Source: a virus (lineage: Duplodnaviria > Caudoviricetes). From it: a stretch of 25,577 bases of DNA. The stretch spans positions 1 to 25,577 of the IMG/VR virus record IMGVR_UViG_3300044724_004329, one strand, 5' to 3'. Of this stretch, positions 25,181-25,577 are shown one piece after another (position 1 is the first letter of the stretch; each line of letters opens with the position of its first letter). Under the pieces are notes generated by a model, which ran no database searches, was not told where the DNA came from, and worked only from the letters and a program-made list of their open reading frames with translations. A program made the position numbers and the translations under genes.

Positions 25181-25348
25181 ATGAAAATCAATCTCTGGTA
25201 CTGTCAACACATGGGTCAATGGAGATGGACTCTCTGTCAGGATGAGAGACCCATTATCAAGATGGAATCTGGTCAGAGACCCGACCTTAGAGATGCGATG
25301 AGCGACGTGGCAAATACGGTTGAACACATATTGAGAAGTGAAAACTGA
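25181..25348 (+). CDS. small hypothetical protein (55 aa); not in ORF track
   Basis: MKINLWYCQHMGQWRWTL...MESGQRPDLRDAMSDVANTVE; 3 nt after the upstream stop. Confidence 0.75.
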   Translation: MKINLWYCQHMGQWRWTLCQDERPIIKMESGQRPDLRDAMSDVANTVEHILRSEN

Positions 25349-25577
25349 CTTTTATATTGAAAAGATTAGTAAAAAGGAAGCAGAAGAACTTTTACTAAAA
25401 TATCATTATTTGAAAGATTTTTCAAAATCTTTTAAGTCTGGATATAATTGTGGATTGTTCAGAAAGAATGATTTTTCTCCACTAAAGATTGGTGGATTGT
25501 TGGGTGCTTGTATTTTTACTGGTCTTCCTGTTCCAGAGATAGCAAAAGGTGCATTTGGATTGGAAAGAAATGAACAA
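25338..25577 (+). CDS. Mom-like DNA modification protein, 5' fragment (runs off the window)
   Basis: GTG start; ISKKEAEELLLKYHYLK...GLF...LLGACIFTGLP; open to the window end. Confidence 0.6.
   Translation, partial: MKTDFYIEKISKKEAEELLLKYHYLKDFSKSFKSGYNCGLFRKNDFSPLKIGGLLGACIFTGLPVPEIAKGAFGLERNEQ

Noticed and set aside
25019-25327. 102-aa minus-strand ORF
   Set aside because: Overlaps two well-packed plus-strand ORFs (24998-25177 and 25181-25348) that fit the operon better.

Overview
This window is part of a T4-like cyanophage (cyanomyovirus) genome. The left part (+ strand) is the early/middle core: small hypotheticals, glutaredoxin, thyX, phoH, a PD-(D/E)XK exonuclease, gp33, gp59 and gp32. 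A minus-strand late block follows (gp4, gp2-like, gp48, gp53), trailed by small ORFs that include an unlisted NdhP-like peptide. A plus-strand baseplate/tail block then runs gp54, gp26, gp51-like, two paralogous tape-measure-like proteins, gp27-like, gp5-like and two duplicated tail proteins. The window ends in an AT-rich Mom-like gene fragment. Two signals stand out. First, a double glutamine (glnA-type) riboswitch at 3350-3643 holds the start and most of a 95-aa ORF inside its second stem-loop, upstream of a YRG-repeat DUF4278-like peptide. Second, a full -1 frameshift cassette (internal SD, U-UUU-UUC, 3' hairpin) would fuse gp26 to the gp51-like ORF just before the tape-measure-like genes. 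Family assignments come from recognised motifs and gene order, not from database searches.
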